Shown here: piece after piece, positions 9,155-19,105 of the stretch
Layout of the letters: every line of letters begins with the position of its first letter
Numbering within the stretch: the stretch's first letter is position 1
Position numbers and translations under genes: made by a program
The notes under the pieces: model-generated
The model's input: only the letters and a program-made list of their open reading frames with translations
Told to the model about the DNA's origin: nothing
Database searches by the model: none
IMG/VR virus record: IMGVR_UViG_3300009509_000001
Location: 64,001 to 128,000 of that record
Direction: 5' to 3' (one strand)
Length of the DNA: 64,000 nt
DNA from: a virus

Positions 9155-10981
9155 CGATCCTTCAGCTGCATCTGTTCCGTACGCTGATCGAACTTGTCGC
9201 GCAATATACGCTGGTAGTCGTCGGTGCGCTGCTCCGGCGGGAAGAACTTATCGAAGGTCTTCTTCGGGTTCTTCTCGGGCTGCGGCTGCAGCGGCATCGG
9301 GAACTCCGGCTTGGCGGATTCCGCAGCCATGTGGGCGCAGGTGGCCTCCACGGCCTCCTTCAGCTTCTTGATCTCCTCGGCCATCATGGTGATCAGCTCC
9401 TTGTCGGCCGCGCGTGCGATGGCCAACTCGTGTTCCATGATCTCCATCCGGGCATCCTTTGTCGCAAGCTCCCGCTCATGCATCATCGTCGTGCGGAGAT
9501 TCCAGCCGACGGCCGCACCGATGGCGGCCAGGGTCATGGCTATCAGCACCTTCATAGAGTCCTCTGCTATCTTCTGCCAGTTCATTCCTCACCCTCCGGG
9601 TACTCGGCCGAGAGCATGTCCAGCGTCACGTCAGGCGGCGGCAGCAGGCCGGTGCCGCACGTGCATTCCGGGATTATGCGGTCGCATGTGCCGCACCTTC
9701 CGTTGAACGCACGGCTCAGCGTCTCTTCCGCCGTGCCGTCTTCCATATCCTCCTTATCGGGGGCTATTCCCATGATCGCGGCTGCGGCATGCAGCGCCTT
9801 CCGCCGAATGATCGGAATGGGGCCGAAGGAGTCGGCCATCGGGTCGATGCTCCGGGTGGTGCAGGCGTTGGCTATGGCGACCAGGCGGTCGACGGTTTCC
9901 AGCTCTGCAGGCGTCTTTATCTCGCTCATTGCGTGGTCTCCACTTTGTGTATGTTGTTGTCCGGATAAAACTTGTCGGCCTTCTCCGTCACGTTGTAGCT
10001 GTTGAAATGGCCGTGCATGGCCCGCTTGTTCAGGTACCCGAGCTCCACGAGCTTCTCGAGCCGCCTGTACACCCAGTTGCCCTTCACATGCATACCGTGG
10101 CGATCGGCGGCGCCGGTAACGTCCGGGACGCGGGCGCGCAGCCCGTCGCGATACCGGACGGCGTCACGAACCATGTCGATCCAGAACTTGCGCAGCTCTT
10201 TAGTTGCCAGCATCGGACCTCCTTCTCAACCGCCGCTTCCGCATGTTGATGGCGTTGATCTCGGCCTTGGTCTCGCGTTTGAGTTTCTCGGAGTCCTCGT
10301 CGGTCATGTGCTCGTAGCACTCGAGAAACCGGCGCCGGTCGCTTATGGCGCATTCCAGTATGAACATACTGAACTCAGTCGAGGATTCGAAATGTTTGGG
10401 CGTGCTCACCACTTGATCTGCACCTCCTTGGGGCTTCCGCCGATCGCGGCGTGCAGACTGTCGCTCGTGGAGTCCATGGTCTTCTCGGCCTCGTCCCGCC
10501 AATGCTCGAGGTCGGCCTGCTGCGCCCGGCAAAGCTCCTCCATCTCCTTCAGCTGTTCGTTGCGGGTCTCGATCGCCTGGTCCTGCTCCAGCCGCTTCTC
10601 CTGCAGGCGCTGAACCTCGTCCTTGGCTTTGTCCAGCTGCGCCGCGGCCTTCTTCAGATCCCTGATTTCATCAAGGTACGATTCGATGAGTTCTCTGGAA
10701 AGGGTGTTGTTGCTCATGCCGTCCTCAAAGAAGTAGACGGGATTTTCCACCCACTCGGCGTCCTTGGGCGCCTGCTTGACCACGACCTTTCCACGGTACC
10801 GTTCGGTATACTTGCTGCTGTTGCCGTCGTTCAGATCCGCTTCCATGTTCCAGTCGATGAATTCATCACCTTCAAGCCACAGGATCGGCTTGCCGAAAAG
10901 CTCGGTGGCCGTGTCGGGGATGTACGGATGTTCCCGCACGATCTGCGGCTCGTTGTCGGTGGTTTTCTTTTTAGGCGACAT
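9151..10981 (-). other. Run of five small CDSs (9151-9585, 9582-9929, 9926-10213 wHTH-like, ~10210-10409, 10406-10981 coiled coil)
   Basis: Consecutive ATGA/GTGA-overlapping ORFs. Confidence 0.6.
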
Positions 10982-11441
10982 CAGGGTACCTCAATGTTGC
11001 TAATTCAGTTACATATCCCACGACGCTGTCGGGGGAACGGTCGAAGGCGGAGCATTGATGCGCATAGAATGTGGACAGTGCGCCCGATCTCGGCATGACT
11101 GGAACGGGTCCGGCCGGATCGCGGTATTCAATATCCTCCCAGCAGGCGGTGCTCCACAAGCCGTGGAAGTGCGTGCTGAGCTTAACAAAGTTCATGAAGT
11201 TGTACTCGTCGCACAGCGTACGGTAGCTACGGTTCATCTGGCAGTGGTAGTTCATGTGGCAATCGCCGCACAGCGTCACGCCGTTATCCGGGTCGAACCG
11301 GAGTTCCGGGAAGTACGTGGCGTGGTTCACGTGGTGGGCATGCCGGTTCTGCAGGCTGTTGCAAATCACGCAGCGTTTGTCGCGCATGATCACGGTTGCC
11401 CGCCAGACGCGGTACTCGTAGGTGTCTCTCCAGTCACTCAT
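10971..11441 (-). CDS. HNH endonuclease
   Basis: RDKRCVIC...HAHH...DNGVTLCGDCH. Confidence 0.85.
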   Translation of the reverse strand: MSDWRDTYEYRVWRATVIMRDKRCVICNSLQNRHAHHVNHATYFPELRFDPDNGVTLCGDCHMNYHCQMNRSYRTLCDEYNFMNFVKLSTHFHGLWSTACWEDIEYRDPAGPVPVMPRSGALSTFYAHQCSAFDRSPDSVVGYVTELATLRYPDVA

Positions 11442-12851
11442 TGTTTACCTCCTTTGAAGTCAAACTTATCACGGGTCAGCCTGTAGTGGGGCGGTAGCAT
11501 TCCATGCGCTTCCCAGTACAGTGTCTTCTCCTTCTCGTTCAGTCTCGGGCCGTTACGGTCCCGGGCGGCGAAACGCTCCAGTATCTTGACGACCCTGAAC
11601 ATCTCATCGTCCGACAGGCGTCGTATCAGCTTATCCAGGTACTCTACGTCCCGCTCGTGCTCAGTCATCGGTCGGTACCCTTCAGTGTGGGTTTGGTATA
11701 AGCGTGTAGGCACTCGAAGCTGCAGAAGTCCTTATTGGTCACGCGGCGGCAGCCCATGACCTGGAACTGTATAGCTACCCAGCCCGCGAAGGGCGACGGG
11801 CCACCGATGGACATCTCCTTGTCGGACTCTTCGATCTTCTTGCACTGATCGCAGGTCTTTCTGGTTATCTCTCGCGTGCTCATTTCAATCTGCTCCAGCT
11901 TTTTATAAGGTTGACGATCATGAGGAAGCCCGTGGTTATCATGAGCGGCGTGAAAAGCCCGATTTCCCCTACGGCTCGGTGCAAGAAATAGGCGTAGAGC
12001 AGTCCGAGCATCAGCATGCCGACCACGTCACGGGTGATTCCTTTGATCAGCTTGTTCATCAGCCGTCCAGCTCCGTCGTCGTCGTTGCCGGCGGCCATTC
12101 GCTGCAGCCTTCGGTCGGCACCCCGTTGATCAGCCGGTTGAGCTCCATGATCTGGTCGGCATTGAAATGGTGGATATAGAACTTGTCACGGCCGCGATCG
12201 AGCGACTTGTGGCTCAGATAGCCCTTGTAGTTCTTGCCGCTGGCCCGCTCGTGCACGGCGCCGTCCCTCAGCAGCTCCAACACCTTCTCGGGCTTCAGGC
12301 TGCCGCAGTACGTGCAGGTGTGATCGTTGCGCCAGTAGTCCTTACCGTCCTTCAGGAAGAACACGCCGGTTCCGGCTCCGACCTCCTGGGCGCGTCGCGG
12401 GCATACGCCGCTTTCCTGTGGCTCCCAGGTCTCGTGGTTCTGCGTGTTGCGGATATACATGGCCTGCATGGCGTATTCGTTGGCGATGGTCTGAAGGCCG
12501 TCGTTGAGCTTCTCCATCTCGGGCAGTCCGATCGTGCCCAGGCCATCCTTGCCGTAGATGAAGGTCGTCGGGTCCTTGTCGGCGTTCACGAGCACGACGA
12601 ACGCGGCCTTTACGTCAGTGTTTTCCAGCAGTTTGATGATCTGATCTTGCGTCGTCATCCGATTTCTCCTTATGAATTATGCGTGGGAACGTCACTCGCG
12701 ATCCGATACGCTGTTTGCACTTCGGGCACTCATGCACGTATTTGGGCGGGTTCACCATAAGCGTCTCACCCGTAAACTTCATGATCTCGGTGCATTCGTC
12801 GCACCATAGGTCTTCACGATAGGCGGCAACCTCTGTCGTAACGATCGTCAC
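11438..12851 (-). other. Run of small hypothetical CDSs (11438-11713, 11665-11883 Zn, 11880-12098 membrane, 12059-12658, 12615-12851 Zn)
   Basis: Overlapping ORFs; CxxC pairs; hydrophobic segments. Confidence 0.55.
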
Positions 12852-13462
12852 TCAGGGTACTCCGGCGGTGCGGGGTACTCCGACGTGTCTTCGAGTGGGG
12901 TGGGCTCGAGTGGGGTGGGCTCGTCCGACCGGGCCTTGTCGATCGCCTCCAGCTTCCTGGCCGTTTCGTCCTGGATGGCCCGCGACTTCTCGTCGATCTC
13001 GTCAAGCGGAATCTTCGGGATGTCGTCGAGGATCTTGCGGTCCTCTTCGTTCTTGATCTCCTGGGTCATCTTGTCCATGGCCATCTGCTGCGCACGCTCT
13101 TCGCCGTCCGTCATGATCTTCTCGAGCACGTCCTGGGCCTGCGCCGACGCTTTCAGCGGATCGCGTCGTACCACGGGCTCGACGACGGTCGTGGTCGTAC
13201 GGTCCTGTTCAAGGTCGATGGCGCGGTTGAGTGCGGCCATGGCCCCCTTCAGGTCGGCGAGCTTGTCGCCCTTGCCGCGCTGGCCGGGCATGAGCAGCTT
13301 CTTGATGCAGTGCGCGATGGCCGGGCACGTGACGCCGAACGCTTCGAGAACCGCGTATACGTCGACCTGGATGGCCGCGCGCTTTCCGGGCTCGAGGGCC
13401 ACCGGGCTGATGATGCGTTTGAGGTACTTGGACCCTTCGTGTTTGGTGATGTCTTCCGGCAT
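12848..13462 (-). CDS. DUF3310-like N-terminal domain plus acidic/coiled C-terminus
   Basis: DVYAVLEAF..CPAIAHCIKKLL.PG.RG...DL. Confidence 0.7.
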   Translation of the reverse strand: MPEDITKHEGSKYLKRIISPVALEPGKRAAIQVDVYAVLEAFGVTCPAIAHCIKKLLMPGQRGKGDKLADLKGAMAALNRAIDLEQDRTTTTVVEPVVRRDPLKASAQAQDVLEKIMTDGEERAQQMAMDKMTQEIKNEEDRKILDDIPKIPLDEIDEKSRAIQDETARKLEAIDKARSDEPTPLEPTPLEDTSEYPAPPEYPE

Positions 13463-13464
13463 TC

Positions 13465-13833
13465 TTATTCCTCCGATGTTTCGAGCAGGCTCTGCCCGTG
13501 TGTGTTAAGTTCGAGTTCCCCCTGGCTGATGCGACGGAGCACGCGTTTGTACGCGCGGTCCAGCACGCCGGTGGTTATGTAGGTGTCGAGCTGCACGTTG
13601 AAGGCGAACCGCTGAAGCAGATCGCCGCGCCTGGCCCTGTCCACGAGCTCGCGCATGGGCAGGCAGGTATCTTCCATGTAAGTGTCGTATGCACGGCGCA
13701 ACACGTAGGCGGCGGTATTTCCGCTCGGGTCGTCAACGAGCTGCAGCAGCACGGCGTCGCACATGTCGTCCCGTTCGCACACGCGGCGAAACAGCGCGAC
13801 GGCCTTGTCCAGTTGCAGCTTCAGTTGAGTCAT
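13465..13833 (-). CDS. Hypothetical protein
   Basis: Start at ATG 13833, overlapping the upstream stop. Confidence 0.6.
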   Translation of the reverse strand: MTQLKLQLDKAVALFRRVCERDDMCDAVLLQLVDDPSGNTAAYVLRRAYDTYMEDTCLPMRELVDRARRGDLLQRFAFNVQLDTYITTGVLDRAYKRVLRRISQGELELNTHGQSLLETSEE

Positions 13834-14456
13834 AGCAGCGGCCTTATGGAGTTTCGTCCCGTGCGCCGATGCCGGAACTGGATTTCGCCGTTGCAGCCGC
13901 GGACCACCGGGTATCCCATGAACTCGAAGTTGTCGAAGAGCTTCATGTCTTCGTACGGCACGCGGAATTCGTAGCATCGTTTGTCGCCCTCGCTGTTGAC
14001 GGCCTTCATGACCGCGGCCATCATCTCCCTGATGACCGACATGGGAAGGCCGAGCACCGACTCCTCCCCGTCCGGGATCGGCTCCGGCTTGAGCACGACG
14101 TCCTTGAACTCGTCGCCGGGCATGAACCCGTTCACTTCGTCGAGGACCTGGCTGACGAACATGGAACGGCGGCGGAATCCGCCCTTGCCGTACTTGGCCT
14201 CCAGGCCCTCGAGTCCCGGTATGCTCCCGCTCATGTCCGGCCGGGCCTTCTGTACCTTGATCTTGCGGCCGCCCTTGACCTCTTCGACCTCGATGACCGC
14301 CAGTACGCTGGGAACGGTCGTGGTGAAATCGTCATGCAGATAATGTTCGGTCGGTTCGCACTCGGTGGTGACGTCGAGTATCGTGATCCCCTGGGCTGCC
14401 GGGAGCGTACGCACGGGGTCTTTGACGCGCTCCTGTAGGCGGGTCTTTTTCGCCAT
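13830..14456 (-). CDS. Hypothetical protein
   Basis: AAAGGAG RBS before MAKKTR. Confidence 0.7.
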   Translation of the reverse strand: MAKKTRLQERVKDPVRTLPAAQGITILDVTTECEPTEHYLHDDFTTTVPSVLAVIEVEEVKGGRKIKVQKARPDMSGSIPGLEGLEAKYGKGGFRRRSMFVSQVLDEVNGFMPGDEFKDVVLKPEPIPDGEESVLGLPMSVIREMMAAVMKAVNSEGDKRCYEFRVPYEDMKLFDNFEFMGYPVVRGCNGEIQFRHRRTGRNSIRPLL

Positions 14457-14482
14457 TCTTATTCTCTCCTTTACGTGTCGAC

Positions 14483-14511
14483 ACGATAGCGCGGAATCAC
14501 CGAAGTTGCAA
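14483..14511 (-). promoter_or_regulatory. Sigma70-like promoter overlapped by a 10-bp inverted repeat
   Basis: TTGCAA-N17-TATCGT; GCGCGGAATC-N15-GATTCCGCGC at 14489-14523. Confidence 0.5.
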
Positions 14512-14536
14512 GCGATTCCGCGCAATATGCCGCACT

Positions 14537-15007
14537 TTACCCTGAACTTTCAGGAGTTCCTGACTTTTCATCCAGCCTTGCTGTCATGAACATGCTCACC
14601 GGTTTGAAGCCGCAGGACTCGTAGCACCTGATGGCGCCGACGTTGTCCGCATGAACATTGAGGTTGACGTGCTTCAGGCCGGCGGCCTTCATCGAACTCA
14701 TGACCAGCTTTATGGCCAGTTTGCCATAGCCGTGTCCCCAGTACTTCTCGTAAAGCACGATGTCGCCGATGGCGCCCGCTTCGTCGAAGTTGTGGGACTC
14801 CTGGCTGAGGATGACGCCGGCGACCTCATCGTCGACCATGATCATGTCGACCTTGTAGTCGTCGAGATCGAAGTGCGGGTTGCGCAGCTTCATGTCGCGG
14901 GCGTCGAACAGCTTCAGCTGAACCATATGAAGCCGCCCGAGCAGATCGAACACGTGGCTCGTGTGCTCGAGCGGATCATAATCAAGCAATGACACCGTCA
15001 CGCTCAT
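14537..15007 (-). CDS. GNAT family N-acetyltransferase
   Basis: YWGHGYGK motif A; N.GAIRCYESCGF. Confidence 0.88.
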   Translation of the reverse strand: MSVTVSLLDYDPLEHTSHVFDLLGRLHMVQLKLFDARDMKLRNPHFDLDDYKVDMIMVDDEVAGVILSQESHNFDEAGAIGDIVLYEKYWGHGYGKLAIKLVMSSMKAAGLKHVNLNVHADNVGAIRCYESCGFKPVSMFMTARLDEKSGTPESSG

Positions 15008-15519
15008 TCAGCCGACTCCGTGATGGTCTCGTCGCTGTTAGCGCGGTAGCCCGTGTTCGACGGGCCGATGTTGCAGCCGTACTGGTCCGTATAACCGGGG
15101 TTCACGATGTCTTCGTTCTTGAAGACGTGGCGCCGGAAGTCGACGTTGCGGGTCAGGCTGCGCATGACCTCCATGGTATTGTTGGCGACGGTTGTCTGGG
15201 CACTCAGCTTCTGCTCAAGCTCGAAGACCTTCCTGTCGCGCTCGAACATTCCACGTTCATGCGTCAACTGCGCCTCCTGGGCGCTGAGGTCGTCGGCCAG
15301 CTTCTCGAGCTTGTCGGCCTTCAGCTTCAGATCGCGGAGAGCGCAGAGCTCCTTGGCGTTCTCGGTTATGGTCACGTCCTGCTCCGCGATCCGCTTCTCC
15401 ATCTGGTCGGCCTCGGACAACCGGTCCTTGACGAAGCCGCAGACGTGCTCCGGCATTTCGGCTTTGAGCAGCTTGACCATGTCGTCATGCAGCTTCTTGC
15501 TCAGCTTCTGTTCACTCAT
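15004..15519 (-). CDS. Coiled-coil hypothetical protein
   Basis: AAAGGAG RBS before MSEQKL. Confidence 0.75.
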   Translation of the reverse strand: MSEQKLSKKLHDDMVKLLKAEMPEHVCGFVKDRLSEADQMEKRIAEQDVTITENAKELCALRDLKLKADKLEKLADDLSAQEAQLTHERGMFERDRKVFELEQKLSAQTTVANNTMEVMRSLTRNVDFRRHVFKNEDIVNPGYTDQYGCNIGPSNTGYRANSDETITESAE

Positions 15520-15548
15520 GGGTATCTCCTTTGTGTTAATGGTAATGG

Positions 15549-16421
15549 TTATACGGCGATCGGGGCGATGATGGCCGGATGCGGATCGTACCCGATCCAC
15601 TCGACGTCTTCGTGCGTCCAGCCGAAGATGCCGCCGGGGTTCGTCACCTTGACGCATGGCAGATCCCGCATCTTGCGCCGCAGCTGCTCCTCGATCTGCT
15701 CGATGTGGTTGACGTACACGTGGCAGTCGCAGAGCGTGCCGGTAAGTCGTCCGGGCGTCGCGCCGATCTCACGGCACAGCAGCACGAGCAGCATGGCGTA
15801 GCTCGCGATGTTGAAGGGCACGCCCAGGAACATGTCGCAGCTCCGCTGATGCCAGTGCAGGTTGATCACGCCGTTGACGTACGTGATGTTCCACAGGACG
15901 TGGCAGGGCGGAAGCGCCATCTCGCCGTGCTGTACCGGGTTCCAGGCGCTGCATACCATGCGCCGGTCGTTCGGCATGTTGTGCAGCTTCCAGACGATGT
16001 TGGCCAGCTGGTCGGTCGAGCTCATGTACTCGGGCTCCTTCTTCAGGCCGGCGCTCACCAGCTTGTAGGGCTGCCCGTGGCGGCGCCACTGGTAGCCGTA
16101 GATCGGCCCCAGGTCGTTCCAGTCCTCCTGGCTCATGCCGTAAGGACGGGTCAGCGAGTTGCTCCACTCGTTCCAGATGTTGCACTTGCGGTCCTTGTAC
16201 CACTGCTTGTCCGTGATGCCGCCGATGAAGCCCTCGAGCTCCACGAGCATGGTGCGCTTGGCCATCTTCTTGGTGGTCAGCAGGGGGAAGCCCTCCTTCA
16301 TGTCGTGTTCGAAGTGCTGGGGCGGCAAAACGAGCGTGTCGACGCCCGTGCGGTTCTCCTTCACGTCACTGTCCTGAAGACAGCGCTGAAGCATGTCAAG
16401 ATAACAGAGTTCACCGTTCAT
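15549..16421 (-). CDS. thyA: Thymidylate synthase
   Basis: ENRTGV, GFPLLTTKK, DLGPIYGYQWR, RRMVCSAWNP, MALPPCH, QRSCDMFLGVPFNIASY, HVYVNH. Confidence 0.97.
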   Translation of the reverse strand: MNGELCYLDMLQRCLQDSDVKENRTGVDTLVLPPQHFEHDMKEGFPLLTTKKMAKRTMLVELEGFIGGITDKQWYKDRKCNIWNEWSNSLTRPYGMSQEDWNDLGPIYGYQWRRHGQPYKLVSAGLKKEPEYMSSTDQLANIVWKLHNMPNDRRMVCSAWNPVQHGEMALPPCHVLWNITYVNGVINLHWHQRSCDMFLGVPFNIASYAMLLVLLCREIGATPGRLTGTLCDCHVYVNHIEQIEEQLRRKMRDLPCVKVTNPGGIFGWTHEDVEWIGYDPHPAIIAPIAV

Positions 16422-16438
16422 CCGTAATTCCTTTAGGG

Positions 16439-16954
16439 TTAGAGTTGCGCTTGGATCGGGTGCGCATGGGGCGCAAGCGGCATGGCCAACGGGCTTTGCT
16501 CCGTCAGCGACGGCTGGTTCCAGTTGGTGTGATCCCCGTCGTAGTAGGCTACGGTGGACATCAGGACCCCGAAGTCGAAGCCCTCGAGATGCGCATAAAG
16601 CTCCGGCAGCATAATCCGGACGTGCTCGCGTTGTTCTTGCGGGAACATGGCGTTGAACTGACCGGCGATCAACGACGGCGCCTCGTGGCAGAAGTCGACG
16701 AGCGCCTTGGCCTTCTCGGGCATGGCCAGTTCCCACAGGTCGCACATCATGCGGACGGTGCTGACGCGCACCATCCTGATGCACGGCCGTTCCAGGAAGT
16801 CCGAGAGACTGCTGGGCCGAAGCGCGAACGAGCCGCCGGGCCATGTGGGCGCCAGCAGGTCGAACAGTTCGGGCGGCCGGGCTTCACGCATCAGCCGCTT
16901 GGCGATGTCGGTCGTGTTCTCGGCACACTCGATGAGTTGCATAATGTCGCTCAT
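16439..16954 (-). CDS. Hypothetical protein
   Basis: 171-aa ORF in operon. Confidence 0.6.
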   Translation of the reverse strand: MSDIMQLIECAENTTDIAKRLMREARPPELFDLLAPTWPGGSFALRPSSLSDFLERPCIRMVRVSTVRMMCDLWELAMPEKAKALVDFCHEAPSLIAGQFNAMFPQEQREHVRIMLPELYAHLEGFDFGVLMSTVAYYDGDHTNWNQPSLTEQSPLAMPLAPHAHPIQAQL

Positions 16955-17109
16955 TCTGCTTTGTCGCCCATTGGCTTGGCAATGACCTTGGCGCCCTCGC
17001 CGACCACGGATTCGGCCGCGGCCTGCACTTCGTCGATCAGGCGTTCTTCCTGCTCATCGTCGATGAGCACCGGCAGTTGTACCACGAGGTACTTGTTTCG
17101 CTTCTCCAT
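16951..17109 (-). CDS. Small acidic protein (52 aa; not in ORF track)
   Basis: AAAGGAG RBS, MEKRNKYLVVQLPVLIDDEQEE..., ATGA overlap with next gene. Confidence 0.65.
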   Translation of the reverse strand: MEKRNKYLVVQLPVLIDDEQEERLIDEVQAAAESVVGEGAKVIAKPMGDKAE

Positions 17110-17125
17110 GAGTAGCTCCTTTGTG

Positions 17126-18013
17126 TTAATAGGTATAATGGGAAAGTTCTGTCTCGTCGTCGTCTTCCGGGAACAGGTCGCGCGCCTTTTCGGTCCGGTT
17201 GTTGGCCTGCGCCCGCGCCGTCTCCAGCGTGCTCATCGCCCGGGTGAGGCTGTTCTGCGTCTGCTTCATCGTATTGATCAGCCGGTCCATTTCAGGATCC
17301 TGCACGATCTGGTCCTTGCGCTGCTTGAGCGAGTCCAGGGCCGTGCGGTGCGTCCACGACTGTCGACCGCTCACGTCGACGATCACGCCCTCGCTTCGCA
17401 GGAAGTCCCGGACGTCCTCCAGCTCCTTGATCTTCTTTTCGATGCGCTCCTGCCGCTCCCGTGTGGCCGAGAGCTCGTGGGCCAGACTGCTCCGCAGCAT
17501 TCTGCCGATGGTCAGCGCGTCCTGCTCCAGCTCCATCGACCGCTTGACCCTGGCGATCCGTTCCTCGCGCGTGAACTCCGACTTGTCCATGAGCCCCAGC
17601 TTGTTGAGGATCATACCTAAAAAATAGACGGGGCGATAGGTTACCGTGCGGTACGGCGCCTTTTTGACGGTGCGCATGCCCGTCCCGTTCTTGTGAACGT
17701 ATATGAGTCCGGCGTCTGCCGGCACTTCATCCTTCTTGATGACGCCGTGCGGGCACACGAAATACAGGTTGTTGCACATCTCGAGGTACTGGTGCCACTT
17801 CTCGTCCTGCACGAAGTCCTGGCGGCTCACCTTGATCTCGTAGCCCCATATCTGGATCTTGCTGTAGGCGGGCTTGATCGCGATCGCGTCGATGCGGCTC
17901 TGGTGCCCCAGGACGCTGCGGCCGTAGTCCGTCACCTCGTCGAAGAAGATGTGGCGCTGCGATTCCGCGCGCTTCATAAGCAGATGCCTGATGTCCCTTG
18001 CCGTGATGTTCAT
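17126..18013 (-). CDS. MmcB-like PD-(D/E)XK nuclease-fold protein
   Basis: RIDAIAI...GYEIKVSRQDF..DEKW..Y...CN.LYFVCP...AGLIYV. Confidence 0.8.
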   Translation of the reverse strand: MNITARDIRHLLMKRAESQRHIFFDEVTDYGRSVLGHQSRIDAIAIKPAYSKIQIWGYEIKVSRQDFVQDEKWHQYLEMCNNLYFVCPHGVIKKDEVPADAGLIYVHKNGTGMRTVKKAPYRTVTYRPVYFLGMILNKLGLMDKSEFTREERIARVKRSMELEQDALTIGRMLRSSLAHELSATRERQERIEKKIKELEDVRDFLRSEGVIVDVSGRQSWTHRTALDSLKQRKDQIVQDPEMDRLINTMKQTQNSLTRAMSTLETARAQANNRTEKARDLFPEDDDETELSHYTY

Positions 18014-18774
18014 GCCAGTTCAAGCGCCTCCTCATAGACTTCGAGCAGGTCTTTGCCGGGCGGCGTCCGAAGCAGCAGATCGAGTTCCATCTCGACACAC
18101 CGCATGTCGTTGAGTTTGCGCCACGGCCCGGCGAATATGATCGAGGCGTTGGCGAGCAGCGTGTTCAGGAAGGCGATGCGGTTCATGTGGATCTCGGCCC
18201 AGTTCGGTATCTTGATCTCCGTGGCCTCCTGGATGACCCGGAAGCCGTTGCGCAACGTGCCGCCGTAGTTGTAGGTGGTTAGCGGCAGGAAGTCCAGTGC
18301 CCGGATGGCCAGGAACGCTTCGGGGTACGCGGCGTCCGTGTGGAACAGGTCGAGAGTGCCGGTGCATCCGAAGTAGGCCGTCATGTTGATCAGGCACTCT
18401 ACCTGCACGATCGCACCGTGCTTGATTCCCAGCGTCTTCAGCATGTCGTAGGCGTAGTCGGCACTGCGCTTCTCGTTGTCGCGGAAGCGCGGGTCGTACA
18501 CTACGTCGTGCAGGATGATGGCCAGGTGCAGGATCGCACGGTCCACGTTCTCGTGGATAAGTTCGTGGAAGGTTCCGGCGTCGCTCATCATCTGCGCCAC
18601 ATGGCCGACGGCTCCGTCGGCCTGGAACATGACGTGGTAGCGCCTGCCGGCGTGCTCGTCGTAGCAGTGGAGCACGGCGTAGAACGCCTGGGTGATCTTC
18701 TCGTCGTTCGTCGCGCCGAGTTTCTTGCAGGCGGCGAACCATACCTGCCGCATCATTTCTGGTCTGCTTATCAT
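18010..18774 (-). CDS. HD-domain metal-dependent phosphohydrolase
   Basis: RRYH...H; LAIILHDVVYDPR..DNEKRSA. Confidence 0.8.
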   Translation of the reverse strand: MISRPEMMRQVWFAACKKLGATNDEKITQAFYAVLHCYDEHAGRRYHVMFQADGAVGHVAQMMSDAGTFHELIHENVDRAILHLAIILHDVVYDPRFRDNEKRSADYAYDMLKTLGIKHGAIVQVECLINMTAYFGCTGTLDLFHTDAAYPEAFLAIRALDFLPLTTYNYGGTLRNGFRVIQEATEIKIPNWAEIHMNRIAFLNTLLANASIIFAGPWRKLNDMRCVEMELDLLLRTPPGKDLLEVYEEALELA

Positions 18775-18782
18775 TCTTATCC

Positions 18783-19061
18783 TCAGTTCCGCTGCTGCGG
18801 GTGTTCCTCGTTGTCTTTCCTGATGGCCTCGTACAGGTTCATCAGGGCTTCTCGCGTGTGCGGCGATTGGCCGCCGCCGGCGCCGATCGAACAGAACTCC
18901 ATCGACGGGATCATGCTGGGCCTTGCGGCATCGTCCAGCACGAAGCCGATTATGACGTCGCCATCCTCCTGCAGCATCACCGTGATGCGGCCGCGGGGGC
19001 TCATGTCTTCGAATCTGGTTACCGGTTCTTTCATTGGCGTAAAAAGGGCGGGGGATGCCAC
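18783..19061 (-). CDS. Hypothetical protein
   Basis: 92-aa ORF in operon. Confidence 0.6.
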   Translation of the reverse strand: MASPALFTPMKEPVTRFEDMSPRGRITVMLQEDGDVIIGFVLDDAARPSMIPSMEFCSIGAGGGQSPHTREALMNLYEAIRKDNEEHPQQRN

Positions 19062-19105
19062 ACGGCCGAGGCCATGATGGTCCCCCGCCCGACCTTTGTG
19101 AAAAG

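Noticed and set aside
16421-16844. N-terminal extension or intron in thyA suggested by the 431-aa ORF
   Set aside because: The extension overlaps the real 16439-16954 gene in another frame. ThyA motifs are contiguous from ATG 16421.
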